Shown: positions 1 through 9,723, counted from the first letter of the stretch. The stretch is 27,682 bases of DNA from an uncultured archaeon (GCA_964632315.1 CAZWEM010000054.1:1-27682), one strand, 5' to 3'. A program made the numbers and translations. The notes: generated from the sequence alone by a model not told the origin.

Positions 1-1771
1 CATTCCATGTTACGTTAGCTGTAATTACTGTTCTTTTATTGGACTCATCTTTAGGTATTTGAAAAGAGAGGGGGACTTTAGCAATACTATTCCTGCTAAT
101 TTCTAAATATCCCGATGTTGGGTTGGCCTTCCATCTGGGAGGTAAAGTAAGTTCATAATGAAGTTCTGAATTCTTGTCTAAATAATTGTTAATTTGCAAA
201 TACGTCGAAAAATCTGTCTGATCCGTGAGAATAATTCGAATTGGATTAAAAGATATCCAATTAGGGTCAAGACCAAAATTGGGGTTATCTTGAGCTACAA
301 TATCCGCTATTGTAGGTTCATATTCAGATACGGATTTTTTGAAGTTTAAGAGCATTTCTTTTGTACACTTTATGACTCCATAATGGCTAATGGCTAAGTA
401 TTCAGGGTTTATATTTAACAAGATATCCGCACATTTCATGAAGCCAACATCTTTCCCCAACTTACATAAATTAATTCCATTTAGGTTGGTGTCACGATCT
501 ACAAAACTTCGTTGAGTAATGGTATCTCCCGTGAAAAAGATTTGCTTTCCATCAATTTTCGTTAGCAATCCCATGTGATATTCAGTTTGCCCTGGAAAAT
601 GGAAAATTTGGAATTCATAATCATCCCAACGGAAAATTTCTTCATCTTTCAAAATACGATCGACCTTAATGGGGCGGTCAATTAAGCATCCTAAACGATA
701 GTGCGTGGGATTTTCTAAGACATCGACCATGTTTTCAAAAGCATATACTGGAGTATTAAATTCATTAGAGAGGAGGGTTATGCCTCCCGTATGATCATCA
801 TGATAATGGGTAGGTAAGACGAAATCTATCGTTTTAATGCCCTCATCATTGCATATTTTCTTAAGTTCAGGGAAGGTATACCCTAAGGAAGTATCTCCAG
901 CGAAGTCAAGGATGATGCAATTTTCATTCTTTCCCTTTAATATGAATGGAGGATGGTCTTCATAGTGAAGAAGATGAGGAAACTCTTTTTTTAGGTCGAC
1001 AGATTTTAATTCTCTTTCTTTCAGTTCAGGTAATTCTACATCAATTCCAGAATATTGTGAACAAAACACTTTTCTCGCTCTTGCGAATTTCTTTTCAAGA
1101 ATTAAAATTTCTCCTCGAGGGTCCTTTATAATTTCGCCGTGAGATGGTAATAACATGTACAGATTATAGGTTAAAAGCCTTTTAAAAGAAGAAAGAGACC
1201 GCTTCATGCCGCCCTCACCATTATCATTATAAATATATTCTAAATCATAGTACGTAAGAACTTTTCCCCCAGAGTGTATCAGATCCCCAGTGAAAGCGAT
1301 GCATTTATCATCTTTTTCTAAAATATAGGAAATTGATTCGCTTGTATGTCCACTTGTTTTAATTACTTTTAGTTTATACTCATTCCAACTAAATGTATCT
1401 CCATGTTTAAAATACAAATCCAACGGTATATTGTAAGTCGAAACGAAGAAAGTAGGCTTAAAATAATAGAGATCGTAATAAGATTTCGTTTTCCAGAAGT
1501 CTTCAGCATTTTGAAATAATCTCCTTTCTCTTTTAGGTGCGGCGATTTTGATCTTCTTTTCAATAGCTCGTTTATCTCCAAAACACTGATCTCGATGATA
1601 ATGAGTGTGTAATATGTAATCTACTTGTTCAATCCCGAGCTCTGAGAGATCATCAAGAACATTTCCGGACCCAAAATCAATTAAAATAGCTTTATTATCA
1701 TGTTTCAAAACATAGACGTTAACCATATCCTTATAAAGAAAAATATCATCAATTACCTGTTCAAACTTCAT
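1..1771 (-). CDS. Tandem (two-domain) metallo-beta-lactamase-fold hydrolase with C-terminal beta-rich domain; 3' end runs off the window
   Basis: Not in the ORF track because there is no stop inside the window. I translated it from the ATG at 1771: MKFEQVIDDIFLYKDMVNVYVLKHDNKAILIDFGSG...ILHTHYHRDQCFGD...SGHTSES...FTGDLIH...LPSHG. A second domain follows in the same frame (LPTHYHDDHTGG at ~790-815, FPGQTEYH, FTGD, ISHYG), and the frame is open to position 2 (~590 codons). Confidence 0.9.
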   Translation of the reverse strand, partial: MKFEQVIDDIFLYKDMVNVYVLKHDNKAILIDFGSGNVLDDLSELGIEQVDYILHTHYHRDQCFGDKRAIEKKIKIAAPKRERRLFQNAEDFWKTKSYYDLYYFKPTFFVSTYNIPLDLYFKHGDTFSWNEYKLKVIKTSGHTSESISYILEKDDKCIAFTGDLIHSGGKVLTYYDLEYIYNDNGEGGMKRSLSSFKRLLTYNLYMLLPSHGEIIKDPRGEILILEKKFARARKVFCSQYSGIDVELPELKERELKSVDLKKEFPHLLHYEDHPPFILKGKNENCIILDFAGDTSLGYTFPELKKICNDEGIKTIDFVLPTHYHDDHTGGITLLSNEFNTPVYAFENMVDVLENPTHYRLGCLIDRPIKVDRILKDEEIFRWDDYEFQIFHFPGQTEYHMGLLTKIDGKQIFFTGDTITQRSFVDRDTNLNGINLCKLGKDVGFMKCADILLNINPEYLAISHYGVIKCTKEMLLNFKKSVSEYEPTIADIVAQDNPNFGLDPNWISFNPIRIILTDQTDFSTYLQINNYLDKNSELHYELTLPPRWKANPTSGYLEISRNSIAKVPLSFQIPKDESNKRTVITANVTWN

Positions 1772-1829
1772 TCGATAACACCATTAAAAAAGATGGAAAA
1801 ATCTTTATTGAATAATTGAATCGCTTGAT

Positions 1830-2747
1830 TTATTTACTTAATAATATTTCTGAAAAGTAATCAACAGTAGTACTTATAATCATGTCTCCTAATTCTTTAA
1901 TTGGTTTGAGTCTTCCTTCATCTAAATCTTTTAGTCCTTTTAGACAATTCCATAGACCAAACTTGTCATCTTTCTCAGTACCTAAAGCTTCAGTATATTT
2001 ACCACCCGCTAAGAGATAGCCTCCTAATCCACCTATGGGAGGCCATTTTGAGAGTGCTTCTTCAAAATCATTGGTTAATAGTTCGTTCATTTCTTTTAAT
2101 TTCTTCTCGTCTAAAATTCCTATGGATGCAGCTATCGAATGCTCCATGTGGCTTGCGTGACCAGCACTTAATAGGATTTTCACTAAAGCCTTAGCAATTT
2201 CACGTTTGTCTTCTCCATTTTTGGCTAATTGAGTTGTTAAATCTTTTGATGCTTCCATTATTTTATTCGCGTTTTTTACAATGTCATCGGTGGTAGTGAT
2301 AATTAGATCTTTTAACTTTAATTCTTGCTGAATTTCATCGGTATAGTCAGCTAGAACATTATTTCCACCATGGCCTGTAAATATAAATACTCGATCAGAA
2401 GGTAAATCCATCTCTTTATACGCAGTAATAAATAAACGTAGAAATTTAATAACATTCTGCACAAGATCTTTAACCGGGACGTATGTAGGTGACCAATCTT
2501 GTGATACACCTCCAGCCCCGTCGGTGGTCCAAGGGATGTGCCCTACGTATCTAGATCCAGTTTTACATGAAATTAAATGAGCAACCCTCTGACCAAAAAA
2601 GTCATCCATGTTTCGTGGTAAGGCGTAACCATGCCCCTCGTAAGGATTGCCAATAGAAAAAATGAGCCATTTTCCTTCATTCTGTTCGAAAGGACCCCAA
2701 TCGTCCATTCTCTTATTTAATTCCAAATTAGAATTCTCCATCGGCAT
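1830..2747 (-). CDS. Creatininase-family amidohydrolase (creatinine amidohydrolase / ArfB FAPy-deformylase-like)
   Basis: Creatininase-family metal-binding motifs GNPYEGHGYALP..DD, FTGHGGN and GHA..EHS. Confidence 0.8.
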   Translation of the reverse strand: MPMENSNLELNKRMDDWGPFEQNEGKWLIFSIGNPYEGHGYALPRNMDDFFGQRVAHLISCKTGSRYVGHIPWTTDGAGGVSQDWSPTYVPVKDLVQNVIKFLRLFITAYKEMDLPSDRVFIFTGHGGNNVLADYTDEIQQELKLKDLIITTTDDIVKNANKIMEASKDLTTQLAKNGEDKREIAKALVKILLSAGHASHMEHSIAASIGILDEKKLKEMNELLTNDFEEALSKWPPIGGLGGYLLAGGKYTEALGTEKDDKFGLWNCLKGLKDLDEGRLKPIKELGDMIISTTVDYFSEILLSK

Positions 2748-2839
2748 AAATTGATTTATTTAAAAATGTATTAAAATTTTTCATTATTATTTAGGTCATA
2801 TATTTACTGATTTGCTAATCAAAAAACATTGATTTACTA

Positions 2840-4075
2840 ATGCCTGGACCAGGAATGGAATTAATTGGTGGGGAAGAAAAAAAAGAATTAATGGAAGTTA
2901 TCAATTCGGGGTATTTATACCGCTATGGTGATCTTTCCAACCCGCAATTTAAAGCAAAAGTATGGAACCTTGAGAAGGATTTTGCAAAGATGGTTGGTGT
3001 AAAGCACGCATTAGCAGTGAATTCAGGAACTTCTGCGTTATTAACCTCACTGTGGGCTTTAGGGGTTGGTCCTGGAGATGAGGTTATAGTTCCAGGATAT
3101 ACCTTTATTGCTAGTATTACTTCTATTATATTTGCAAGAGCAATACCAATTTTAGCGGAAGTTAATGAAACTTTAACTTTAGATCCTCAAGATATCGAGA
3201 AAAAGATAACGCCTAAGACAAAAGCAATAATGCTCGTTCACATGCTTGGAAATCCAGGAGATATAGAATTAATCAATAAAATTGCAGCTGAAAATGATCT
3301 ATTTTTAATCGAAGATTGCGCTCAAGCATGTGGAGCAACATACAATGGAAGATCCGTTGGGAGTTATGGCAAAATTGGGGCTTTTAGCTTGAACGTGTAT
3401 AAAACCATATCTGCTGGGGATGGAGGAATGGTAGTTACAAATGATACTGAACTTTATAAGCGTGCCTTCGCAATCCATGACCAAGGACATCTACCTCTCA
3501 GACAAGGCGTTGAGCAAGGAAATAGAACGATTCTTGGACTTAATTTTAGAATGAATGAGTTGACAGCTGCAGTTGCTGGTGCTCAATTAAAGAAACTTCC
3601 ATATATTCGTAAAAAGCTTCATCAAAACAAAGAACTGTTGAAGAAAAGATTACAATCAAATCAAGATATTCAATTCCGCAAAATATCAGATGAGAATGGC
3701 GATATAGGGACTTTGCTTACATTCTTTATGCCAACAAAAGAAAGTGCGGAAAAATTAGCAACCAAATTAGGTTCTTCAACAGTTGCAAAGTCAGGATGGC
3801 ATGTATATAACAATATGGAGCACTTACTAAATAAGATGACGGTGACTGAAGAAGGATGCCCATTTACTTGCCCATATTACGATTCTGATGTAGAATATGA
3901 AAAAGGAATGCTCCCCAAAACTGATGATCTATTATCTAGGGCAATCAATATTAGCGTGGGTGTCTCAGATGCGGGCTTAGGTTCCGGTTTTGGAATTCAA
4001 ATTAATAGTACACGCGAAGAAATTAATGAAAAAGCTGAAATCATACTAAACGCGATAGAAGAATCAATAGATTAA
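2840..4075 (+). CDS. DegT/DnrJ/EryC1/StrS-family PLP-dependent sugar aminotransferase (KdnA-like N-terminus)
   Basis: Motifs NSGTSAL, GPGDEVIVPGYTFIAS, IEDCAQACGA, FSLNVYKTISAGDGG (PLP lysine) and GLNFRMNEL. The N-terminus MPGPGMELIGGEEKKE resembles the KdnA subfamily as I recall it. Confidence 0.92.
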   Translation: MPGPGMELIGGEEKKELMEVINSGYLYRYGDLSNPQFKAKVWNLEKDFAKMVGVKHALAVNSGTSALLTSLWALGVGPGDEVIVPGYTFIASITSIIFARAIPILAEVNETLTLDPQDIEKKITPKTKAIMLVHMLGNPGDIELINKIAAENDLFLIEDCAQACGATYNGRSVGSYGKIGAFSLNVYKTISAGDGGMVVTNDTELYKRAFAIHDQGHLPLRQGVEQGNRTILGLNFRMNELTAAVAGAQLKKLPYIRKKLHQNKELLKKRLQSNQDIQFRKISDENGDIGTLLTFFMPTKESAEKLATKLGSSTVAKSGWHVYNNMEHLLNKMTVTEEGCPFTCPYYDSDVEYEKGMLPKTDDLLSRAINISVGVSDAGLGSGFGIQINSTREEINEKAEIILNAIEESID

Positions 4076-4082
4076 TAACGAG

Positions 4083-4865
4083 TTGGTAATAATTTCGGAA
4101 TATAACAATTGGTTAATTAAATTAGATTATTCTATTTTTTCTCTCTCACTTAATCGACCAGAGAAGAAAAATGCTTTTGATGCATCAGTAATAGAAGAGT
4201 TATCCAAAATTATAGACAACGAAATTAAGGAAAATTTAGATAGAATTCGAATAGTCATCATTTCAAGCTCTCTTGAAGATTACTTTACTGTAGGGCTTGA
4301 TATAAATTGGTTACTAACATTGAATGTTGAGGAAGCAAAACAAATGACAGAACATTTGCAAGCTATCTTCAGTCAAATTGAAAACCTCCCAATTCCTGTA
4401 ATCATGGCTGTTAGGGGGCTTAATTTAACAGCTGGATTTGAATTAATGCTTTGTTGCGATCTCGTGATAGCAGCGGAAAATGCTAAGTTTGGTCAAGTCG
4501 AAACAAAATGGGCTTTAACTCCAGCAGCTGGTGCAACCCAGAGATTAACTAGATTTGTTGGTATATTAAAGGCTAAGGAAATCATATATACTTCTAAAAT
4601 AATTGACGTTCAAGAAGCTTTAAAAATGGGTTTAGTAAATAATGTTGTTCCTTTGAATGAATTAGACGATAAGGTGGGTGAATTAGCAAATTTAATACTA
4701 CAAAATTCTAATAAGGCCATAAGTTCATGTAAAAAATTGATTCATTCGGGATTATATGATAATCGAAAAGGTTTTTTAATGGAAGGAGAATCATTTTATG
4801 AGTGCTTCAAAACTGGAGAACCTAAAAAAAGATTGCAAAAATTTCTTGACGGCGATAAAAAATAA
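4083..4865 (+). CDS. Enoyl-CoA hydratase/isomerase (crotonase) family protein
   Basis: Motifs LNRPEKKNAF, FTVGLDI, PIPVIMAVRG...AGFELMLCCDLVIAAENAKFGQVE and GATQRLTRFVG; TTG start 7 bp after the upstream stop. Confidence 0.92.
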   Translation: MVIISEYNNWLIKLDYSIFSLSLNRPEKKNAFDASVIEELSKIIDNEIKENLDRIRIVIISSSLEDYFTVGLDINWLLTLNVEEAKQMTEHLQAIFSQIENLPIPVIMAVRGLNLTAGFELMLCCDLVIAAENAKFGQVETKWALTPAAGATQRLTRFVGILKAKEIIYTSKIIDVQEALKMGLVNNVVPLNELDDKVGELANLILQNSNKAISSCKKLIHSGLYDNRKGFLMEGESFYECFKTGEPKKRLQKFLDGDKK

Positions 4866-4946
4866 TCAAAAAATTAAATTATATTCGTTAATTTAATTCT
4901 AAAAATCTTTAATAACCCTTAAGTATTTCATTTTTTAGCAACAGAA

Positions 4947-6014
4947 TTGATAGGTGAACGATTTATATCGCTTTTAAAGAATAAATATTTTGTTTCAACA
5001 CTCTTGAGTATAATTTTGATAATAGTTTTCATTCTTGGATTGATTATTCCAACAACTTACTTTATTTTTGTTCCATTCTATATCATATTAACCATCATTG
5101 CTTTTCTGGTTCAAGAATATCTCTTATTAAAATTTTCATCACTAAAATTAGGTGACCGAAAGAAAATCTCAATGCAAATAATGTGTGCACTAAATTTAGC
5201 TTTTGCATTCAGTATTGGTTTTACAATCCCTCTCATGGAGTCAAATAGCAGGTACAACTTCGGTTTTGTGATGATTCCCTTACTTGTCATACTCGTCTTC
5301 ATTTTAATCAACAAATATGACATGGATTCGAACCCCAAACCTCCGATAATCATGGATTTTGAAGATCGACCAGTTATAGAATTTGAAGGAAAGAAATTCA
5401 TCTTTTCGAATATATCCTTAATCACTTTTGCCATAGGCGCCCCAATTTCGGCTTATCTTATTTATTTATTCTTTGATAATCAAGCAAATTATTGGCTCCA
5501 TGAATTAGTCGTGAAACAAACCGTGTTTTTTTTAAATTTATTTTTTAATATGGGAGCCACATCAAATTATGCACCAGTGGGTAAGTATTTTTGGAGTTTT
5601 GGTGTACCAGGACAATCAAGCATCTTTTTTGAGACCTTCTGTACTGGCATACAGGCAATTTGCGTCTTTGCTGGTATCATTATTTTCATTCCTCATAGTA
5701 GAGATAAAGAAACTAGTAAAGACATTATTTGGAGAAAAGCGAAATCATTGGTAATTTCTTCTGCCATTTTTTATGTTGTTAATATTATTAGAATGTTAAT
5801 CCAAATTTATCTCTATTACATTGGATATCCTTGGGAAAGCATACACGTGTCAATCTCTGCAGCGAGCTCTTTTATCGCCGCTATAATCATATTACTTTTG
5901 CATAAATGGATTCCAGAATTTATCATTTCCATAATTTACATCGGTAGTTTATTTAGTAAATATAGAAAATCAAAAAAGAATAAAGAAATTAATAAAGATA
6001 TAGAAATTAATTAA
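4947..6014 (+). CDS. Archaeosortase/exosortase-family transpeptidase with extra N-terminal TM helices (probably the Lokiarchaeia-type archaeosortase H)
   Basis: Multi-TM protein with the exosortase catalytic triad: Cys in FETFCTGIQ, Arg in VNIIR and His in WESIH. The subfamily name is from recollection only. Confidence 0.82.
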   Translation: MIGERFISLLKNKYFVSTLLSIILIIVFILGLIIPTTYFIFVPFYIILTIIAFLVQEYLLLKFSSLKLGDRKKISMQIMCALNLAFAFSIGFTIPLMESNSRYNFGFVMIPLLVILVFILINKYDMDSNPKPPIIMDFEDRPVIEFEGKKFIFSNISLITFAIGAPISAYLIYLFFDNQANYWLHELVVKQTVFFLNLFFNMGATSNYAPVGKYFWSFGVPGQSSIFFETFCTGIQAICVFAGIIIFIPHSRDKETSKDIIWRKAKSLVISSAIFYVVNIIRMLIQIYLYYIGYPWESIHVSISAASSFIAAIIILLLHKWIPEFIISIIYIGSLFSKYRKSKKNKEINKDIEIN

Positions 6015-6031
6015 AGAATAAGGATGAAAAA

Positions 6032-6934
6032 ATGCTAAATTTTGATGTTGAGCAAAAAGTAGTACAAGTTGGAAAAGTAAAAATTGGAGGTCAGCCGGGG
6101 GAAAATCCTCCGGTAATGGTTGCTACAGTTTTTTATGCCAATCATGCCGCTTTACTTGATGAGAAAACGGGAGAGATAGATGATAAACTTGCGGAACAAG
6201 AATTAAACGATTATTCAGAAGTAATTGATGATACAGGAATGCAAGGAATCATTGATGTAGTTGGAGGATATACTGAAGCGCTAGTTAAAGAATGTGAGTT
6301 TGTAGCAGATAGAGTTGATTATCCATTTTTAGTAGATGGATTAAATGATGAATCCCGGATTCCTACAATGCAACATTTGAAAGAAATTGGATTGCTTGAT
6401 CGTGCGATTCTCAATAGCATTGATGATTCGACTAGCGAAGAGAATCTTGAGAAATTAAAAAACATAGGTGTAAAGTACGCCGTTTTATTAACATTTGGAT
6501 CAAGATACATTTTCCCTAAACAAAAGCTTGAATTCCTTAGAAACATTTTAATTCCAAAAGCGAAAAAAGCAAATATTGATAATTTTATAGTCGATACAGC
6601 AGTATTAGACTTAGCTTCAATTGGGATTAATGCAGAAACCGTCAGAATGGTTAAAAGTGAGCTTGGGCTACCTGTAGGGTATGCTCCCGCAAACGCAATA
6701 TACGGATGGAAGTTTGGCAAGAAATACGGAGAATCATCGCGGTGTGGTGCAATAACCAGTCAAATGGCTTATTGCGTAAATGCGGGAGGAGATTTTGTTT
6801 TATATGGACCAATTAAATTTGCTAAATGCGTTATTCCTGGGATATCATTGATAGCAGCTATAAATGCTTATTATCGAAAAAGAATTTTGAGAAAGGAGAT
6901 ATCTGAAGAAACCCCATTAAACAAGATTTTTTAG
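6032..6934 (+). CDS. mtrH: Tetrahydromethanopterin S-methyltransferase subunit H family (MtrH/MtgA-like pterin:corrinoid methyltransferase), stand-alone
   Basis: N-terminus FDVEQKVVQVGKVKIGGQPGENPPVMVATVFY, then PFLVD, ILNSI, VDTAVLD, GLPVGYAPAN and DFVLYGPI are characteristic of MtrH. Confidence 0.88.
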   Translation: MLNFDVEQKVVQVGKVKIGGQPGENPPVMVATVFYANHAALLDEKTGEIDDKLAEQELNDYSEVIDDTGMQGIIDVVGGYTEALVKECEFVADRVDYPFLVDGLNDESRIPTMQHLKEIGLLDRAILNSIDDSTSEENLEKLKNIGVKYAVLLTFGSRYIFPKQKLEFLRNILIPKAKKANIDNFIVDTAVLDLASIGINAETVRMVKSELGLPVGYAPANAIYGWKFGKKYGESSRCGAITSQMAYCVNAGGDFVLYGPIKFAKCVIPGISLIAAINAYYRKRILRKEISEETPLNKIF

Positions 6935-8427
6935 GAAATATATCTTAATAGAAGATCATTAGCGTTTTGTAGAAGTGTGGGTAAGTTTTGGTTAATTAAT
7001 TCTTTCTTTTTTTCATCATCTATCAAAAAGAGAAAAAACATTTCAAAATCAGCAATTGATACTTTTTTTACGACGATTATGGAATTAGCAACTTGAAATA
7101 TTGCTTCGTTTTGTGGTTCTCCTCTATATTTAGAAAATATTTGGAATAATATGGCAAATTGAGGTCCTGTAAGCTCAAATACGCTAAGTAATTCCTCTGG
7201 CTTATCTATTTTAGTAATCTCTGAAGCCTTTTGGGTATAAGATTCCGCTAAAATTAATCCATCGAGACTCATTAAGAGTCCAAGAAATACTTTTGTTTGC
7301 TTACAAAAATTATGTAAATTATGTTCAATTAAAACTCGATTGGGACTTAATTTTGCTATACCTGAACTAAAAGCCCGTAGAATTGAAAATGGATCAAATA
7401 TGCTGGTAAAATATATCTCAAATTGAATCTCCTTATTAAGATAATCTACTAAATGCTCAACATTTTTTTTTATTTTAGATGAATTTATAATGTCTGGATC
7501 AGCTTTAGAGAAGATATAGATTATTGGGGTATTCTGATTAAATTTTTGTAAAACTAATTTGATGCCTTCTAAATATTCAATACTTTCTTTAAAACGAGAC
7601 GGATTTCCTATATCTATGAAATAAAACAAGAGATCTGCTTCATAAAGATAGATATGAGCTTTATTCAGATATTTATCTCTTAAACTTACCTGTCCTCCCA
7701 GATCCCAGAGGAATAAAGTAGCACCCAATGCTTGTATTGAACTTACCTTAGCACCATGAGTCGGCTTTAACCCTAATAATTTTGAATATTTCTGATCAAC
7801 AGAAAGTAAAAATGAGCTTTTACCAGCGTTGTCAAGTCCAGCTAAGAGAATCTTGAGTTTTCTATGGGAAGAAAAAATGGTGGATGGTTCTTGTTCGATT
7901 TTAGTTATTTTATTGAGTAAATCTAAAAAATGATGAGATACTTCTTCTTGAATCTTTAGAGATGAAACCAACTCTTTATCCAATTTTACAAAAAAATCAA
8001 TAACAAGCTTTTTCAATCGATCAAGGTTATTATAGAGAAAATTTCTCAAATTCTCGTTCACTATTAGTGAAAATGATGTTGCTAAAGGAAGATCCTCATA
8101 TTCAGATTTAATGAAGTGAAAAAATGTTAAAGTTGTGGAACAGAAATCAGGAAATGGGATAATACCAAAATGTTTAAACGAAGAAACGTCTACTTTCGCT
8201 AATATTGATCCATCGCCAATTAATAGGCTTAAATTTTTAATCGCAATCTGAGTAAAATCTCTGATAGTTAGTTTTAATCCTTTTTTATAATCTTGGTTTA
8301 AAGTACAATCTTCTTTTGCATTCTCATCGATTGGATTAGGGAACATGTAAACTGGATGTGGTCCGACATTATCATAAATTGCAAAAACTATTCCATTTAT
8401 GATCGATGAATTTAGTAGTTCTTCCAT
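6931..8427 (-). CDS. Multidomain Arf/Rag-like small GTPase: N-terminal longin/uDENN-like domain + GTPase + C-terminal roadblock-like domain
   Basis: G1 GLDNAGKSS, G2 PTHG, G3 WDLGGQ, G4 SKAD, G5 TSIF. N-terminus GIVFAIYDNVGPHPVYMFP. C-terminal LLMSLDGLILAES is a roadblock/profilin-like strand pattern. Confidence 0.88.
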   Translation of the reverse strand: MEELLNSSIINGIVFAIYDNVGPHPVYMFPNPIDENAKEDCTLNQDYKKGLKLTIRDFTQIAIKNLSLLIGDGSILAKVDVSSFKHFGIIPFPDFCSTTLTFFHFIKSEYEDLPLATSFSLIVNENLRNFLYNNLDRLKKLVIDFFVKLDKELVSSLKIQEEVSHHFLDLLNKITKIEQEPSTIFSSHRKLKILLAGLDNAGKSSFLLSVDQKYSKLLGLKPTHGAKVSSIQALGATLFLWDLGGQVSLRDKYLNKAHIYLYEADLLFYFIDIGNPSRFKESIEYLEGIKLVLQKFNQNTPIIYIFSKADPDIINSSKIKKNVEHLVDYLNKEIQFEIYFTSIFDPFSILRAFSSGIAKLSPNRVLIEHNLHNFCKQTKVFLGLLMSLDGLILAESYTQKASEITKIDKPEELLSVFELTGPQFAILFQIFSKYRGEPQNEAIFQVANSIIVVKKVSIADFEMFFLFLIDDEKKKELINQNLPTLLQNANDLLLRYIS

Positions 8428-8505
8428 GGCTAAAGCTTAATTATTTGTTATACCTATCAAATAAATAGAATTTTTTACATAAATATATGCCGAACCGATT
8501 TATCA

Positions 8506-9465
8506 ATGTTAGAAAAAATCGCCAAATCTATTAGAGAAAATGAGAATATTAAGGAAAAAAGGCAAATAGATCCAATTGTCCGCCAAGTTAATGAAAATTC
8601 ATATGTTAGCTCTCGAATATTTACGGATCTTGGAGAAGATTCTGCCTCAGTTCATTTTGGAGAAAAATTAGTCTTATTGACGACAGATCGAATCAAGACT
8701 GAATACATTGAGAATTTTCCTTATGGTGCGGGCTTTAGTTCAATATTGGTAGGTGTAGATGATATTTTTTGCTGTGGTGGAATACCCTTAGCTGCTAGCT
8801 TAATAATCTCATTTAAAAAAAAAGATCATTTAGATAAGATTGTTCAAGGCGCAATTGAAGGTTCAAATAAATTTCAAGTACCAATTGTACGAGGTCATAC
8901 AAGCATTAATGGAAAGTATTATGAGCTCAGTTCTACGATGATAGGTGAAATACAAAAAGCGGATTATGTTTCAGCCCAAAACGCTCAAGAAAATGATGTT
9001 ATTATTTTAGCCATTGATGAACAGGGAAAGATAGCTGAATCGAATAAATTTTATTGGGACACAGTCACCTTCAAATCCTCGAAAGAAGTTCTTTTTAGAA
9101 GAAGATCAATGAATGAAATTGCTCAATCTCATTTAGCTCACTCAGCCAAAGATGTAGCAAATGGAGGAATTATCGGTTCAATTTTGCAACTTTGTAAGTA
9201 TTCAAAAGTAGGTGCGGATGTATCAATTGATAAAATTCATATTCCCTCAATTCTAGTGAATGAAAATTACTATAATATTGAAACTTTTTTAAAAATGTAT
9301 TTGACGACGTCATATATTTTAAGTACTCAAAAGGAGCATTCTGATGAAATAATTACTATTTTTAAGAAGCATCAGATGAATGCTTTTGTTATTGGAAAAA
9401 TTATTAAGGATAAGGATTTAATAATAAATAGCGGATTAGAATCACTGAAGGTTTTTGAAATTTAG
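8506..9465 (+). CDS. AIR synthase-related (PurM/ThiL/HypE superfamily) protein, methanogenesis marker 2 / sll0787-like
   Basis: Motifs GEDSA, LLTTD, GAGFSSILVGVDDIFCCGGIPLA, VPIVRGHT, AKDVANGGIIG and VIGKI. It lacks the SelD N-terminal Cys/Sec-x-x-Lys motif. Confidence 0.82.
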   Translation: MLEKIAKSIRENENIKEKRQIDPIVRQVNENSYVSSRIFTDLGEDSASVHFGEKLVLLTTDRIKTEYIENFPYGAGFSSILVGVDDIFCCGGIPLAASLIISFKKKDHLDKIVQGAIEGSNKFQVPIVRGHTSINGKYYELSSTMIGEIQKADYVSAQNAQENDVIILAIDEQGKIAESNKFYWDTVTFKSSKEVLFRRRSMNEIAQSHLAHSAKDVANGGIIGSILQLCKYSKVGADVSIDKIHIPSILVNENYYNIETFLKMYLTTSYILSTQKEHSDEIITIFKKHQMNAFVIGKIIKDKDLIINSGLESLKVFEI

Positions 9466-9497
9466 TTTTTATCCCGTTAATTTAATTCATTATTTTA

Positions 9498-9695
9498 TTG
9501 GCAGATTTCCCCATGAAGAAAAAGAAAAGTTCTGCAAAAAAGAAAAAGTCAAAAAAAGCAGAAGGATTAGCTGAACCTTTAATCGGACAGATTAAATGTC
9601 CTAGTTGTCGAAAATTAATTCAAGAAGGGCTAACATTCTGTCCAGAGTGCGGAAATAGAATACCAGAGTTCTTAAGATATAATCCAATTTCATGA
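9498..9695 (+). CDS. Small zinc-ribbon protein with Lys-rich N-terminus
   Basis: CPSC...CPECG motif; co-oriented and tightly packed between its neighbours. The start may be TTG 9498 or the ATG at 9513. Confidence 0.75.
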   Translation: MADFPMKKKKSSAKKKKSKKAEGLAEPLIGQIKCPSCRKLIQEGLTFCPECGNRIPEFLRYNPIS

Positions 9696-9723
9696 TAGAG
9701 AAAAATTACTTGGTGGTGTTTTT

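Noticed and set aside
946-1581. ORF-track entries 946..1131 (+) and 1369..1581 (-)
   Set aside because: Both lie inside the long MBL-fold gene (1771 to the window edge) on the opposite strand or in another frame, and have no motifs.
8506-9465. Selenophosphate synthetase (SelD) or a selenoprotein
   Set aside because: PurM fold, but no N-terminal Cys/Sec-x-x-Lys motif and no in-frame TGA.
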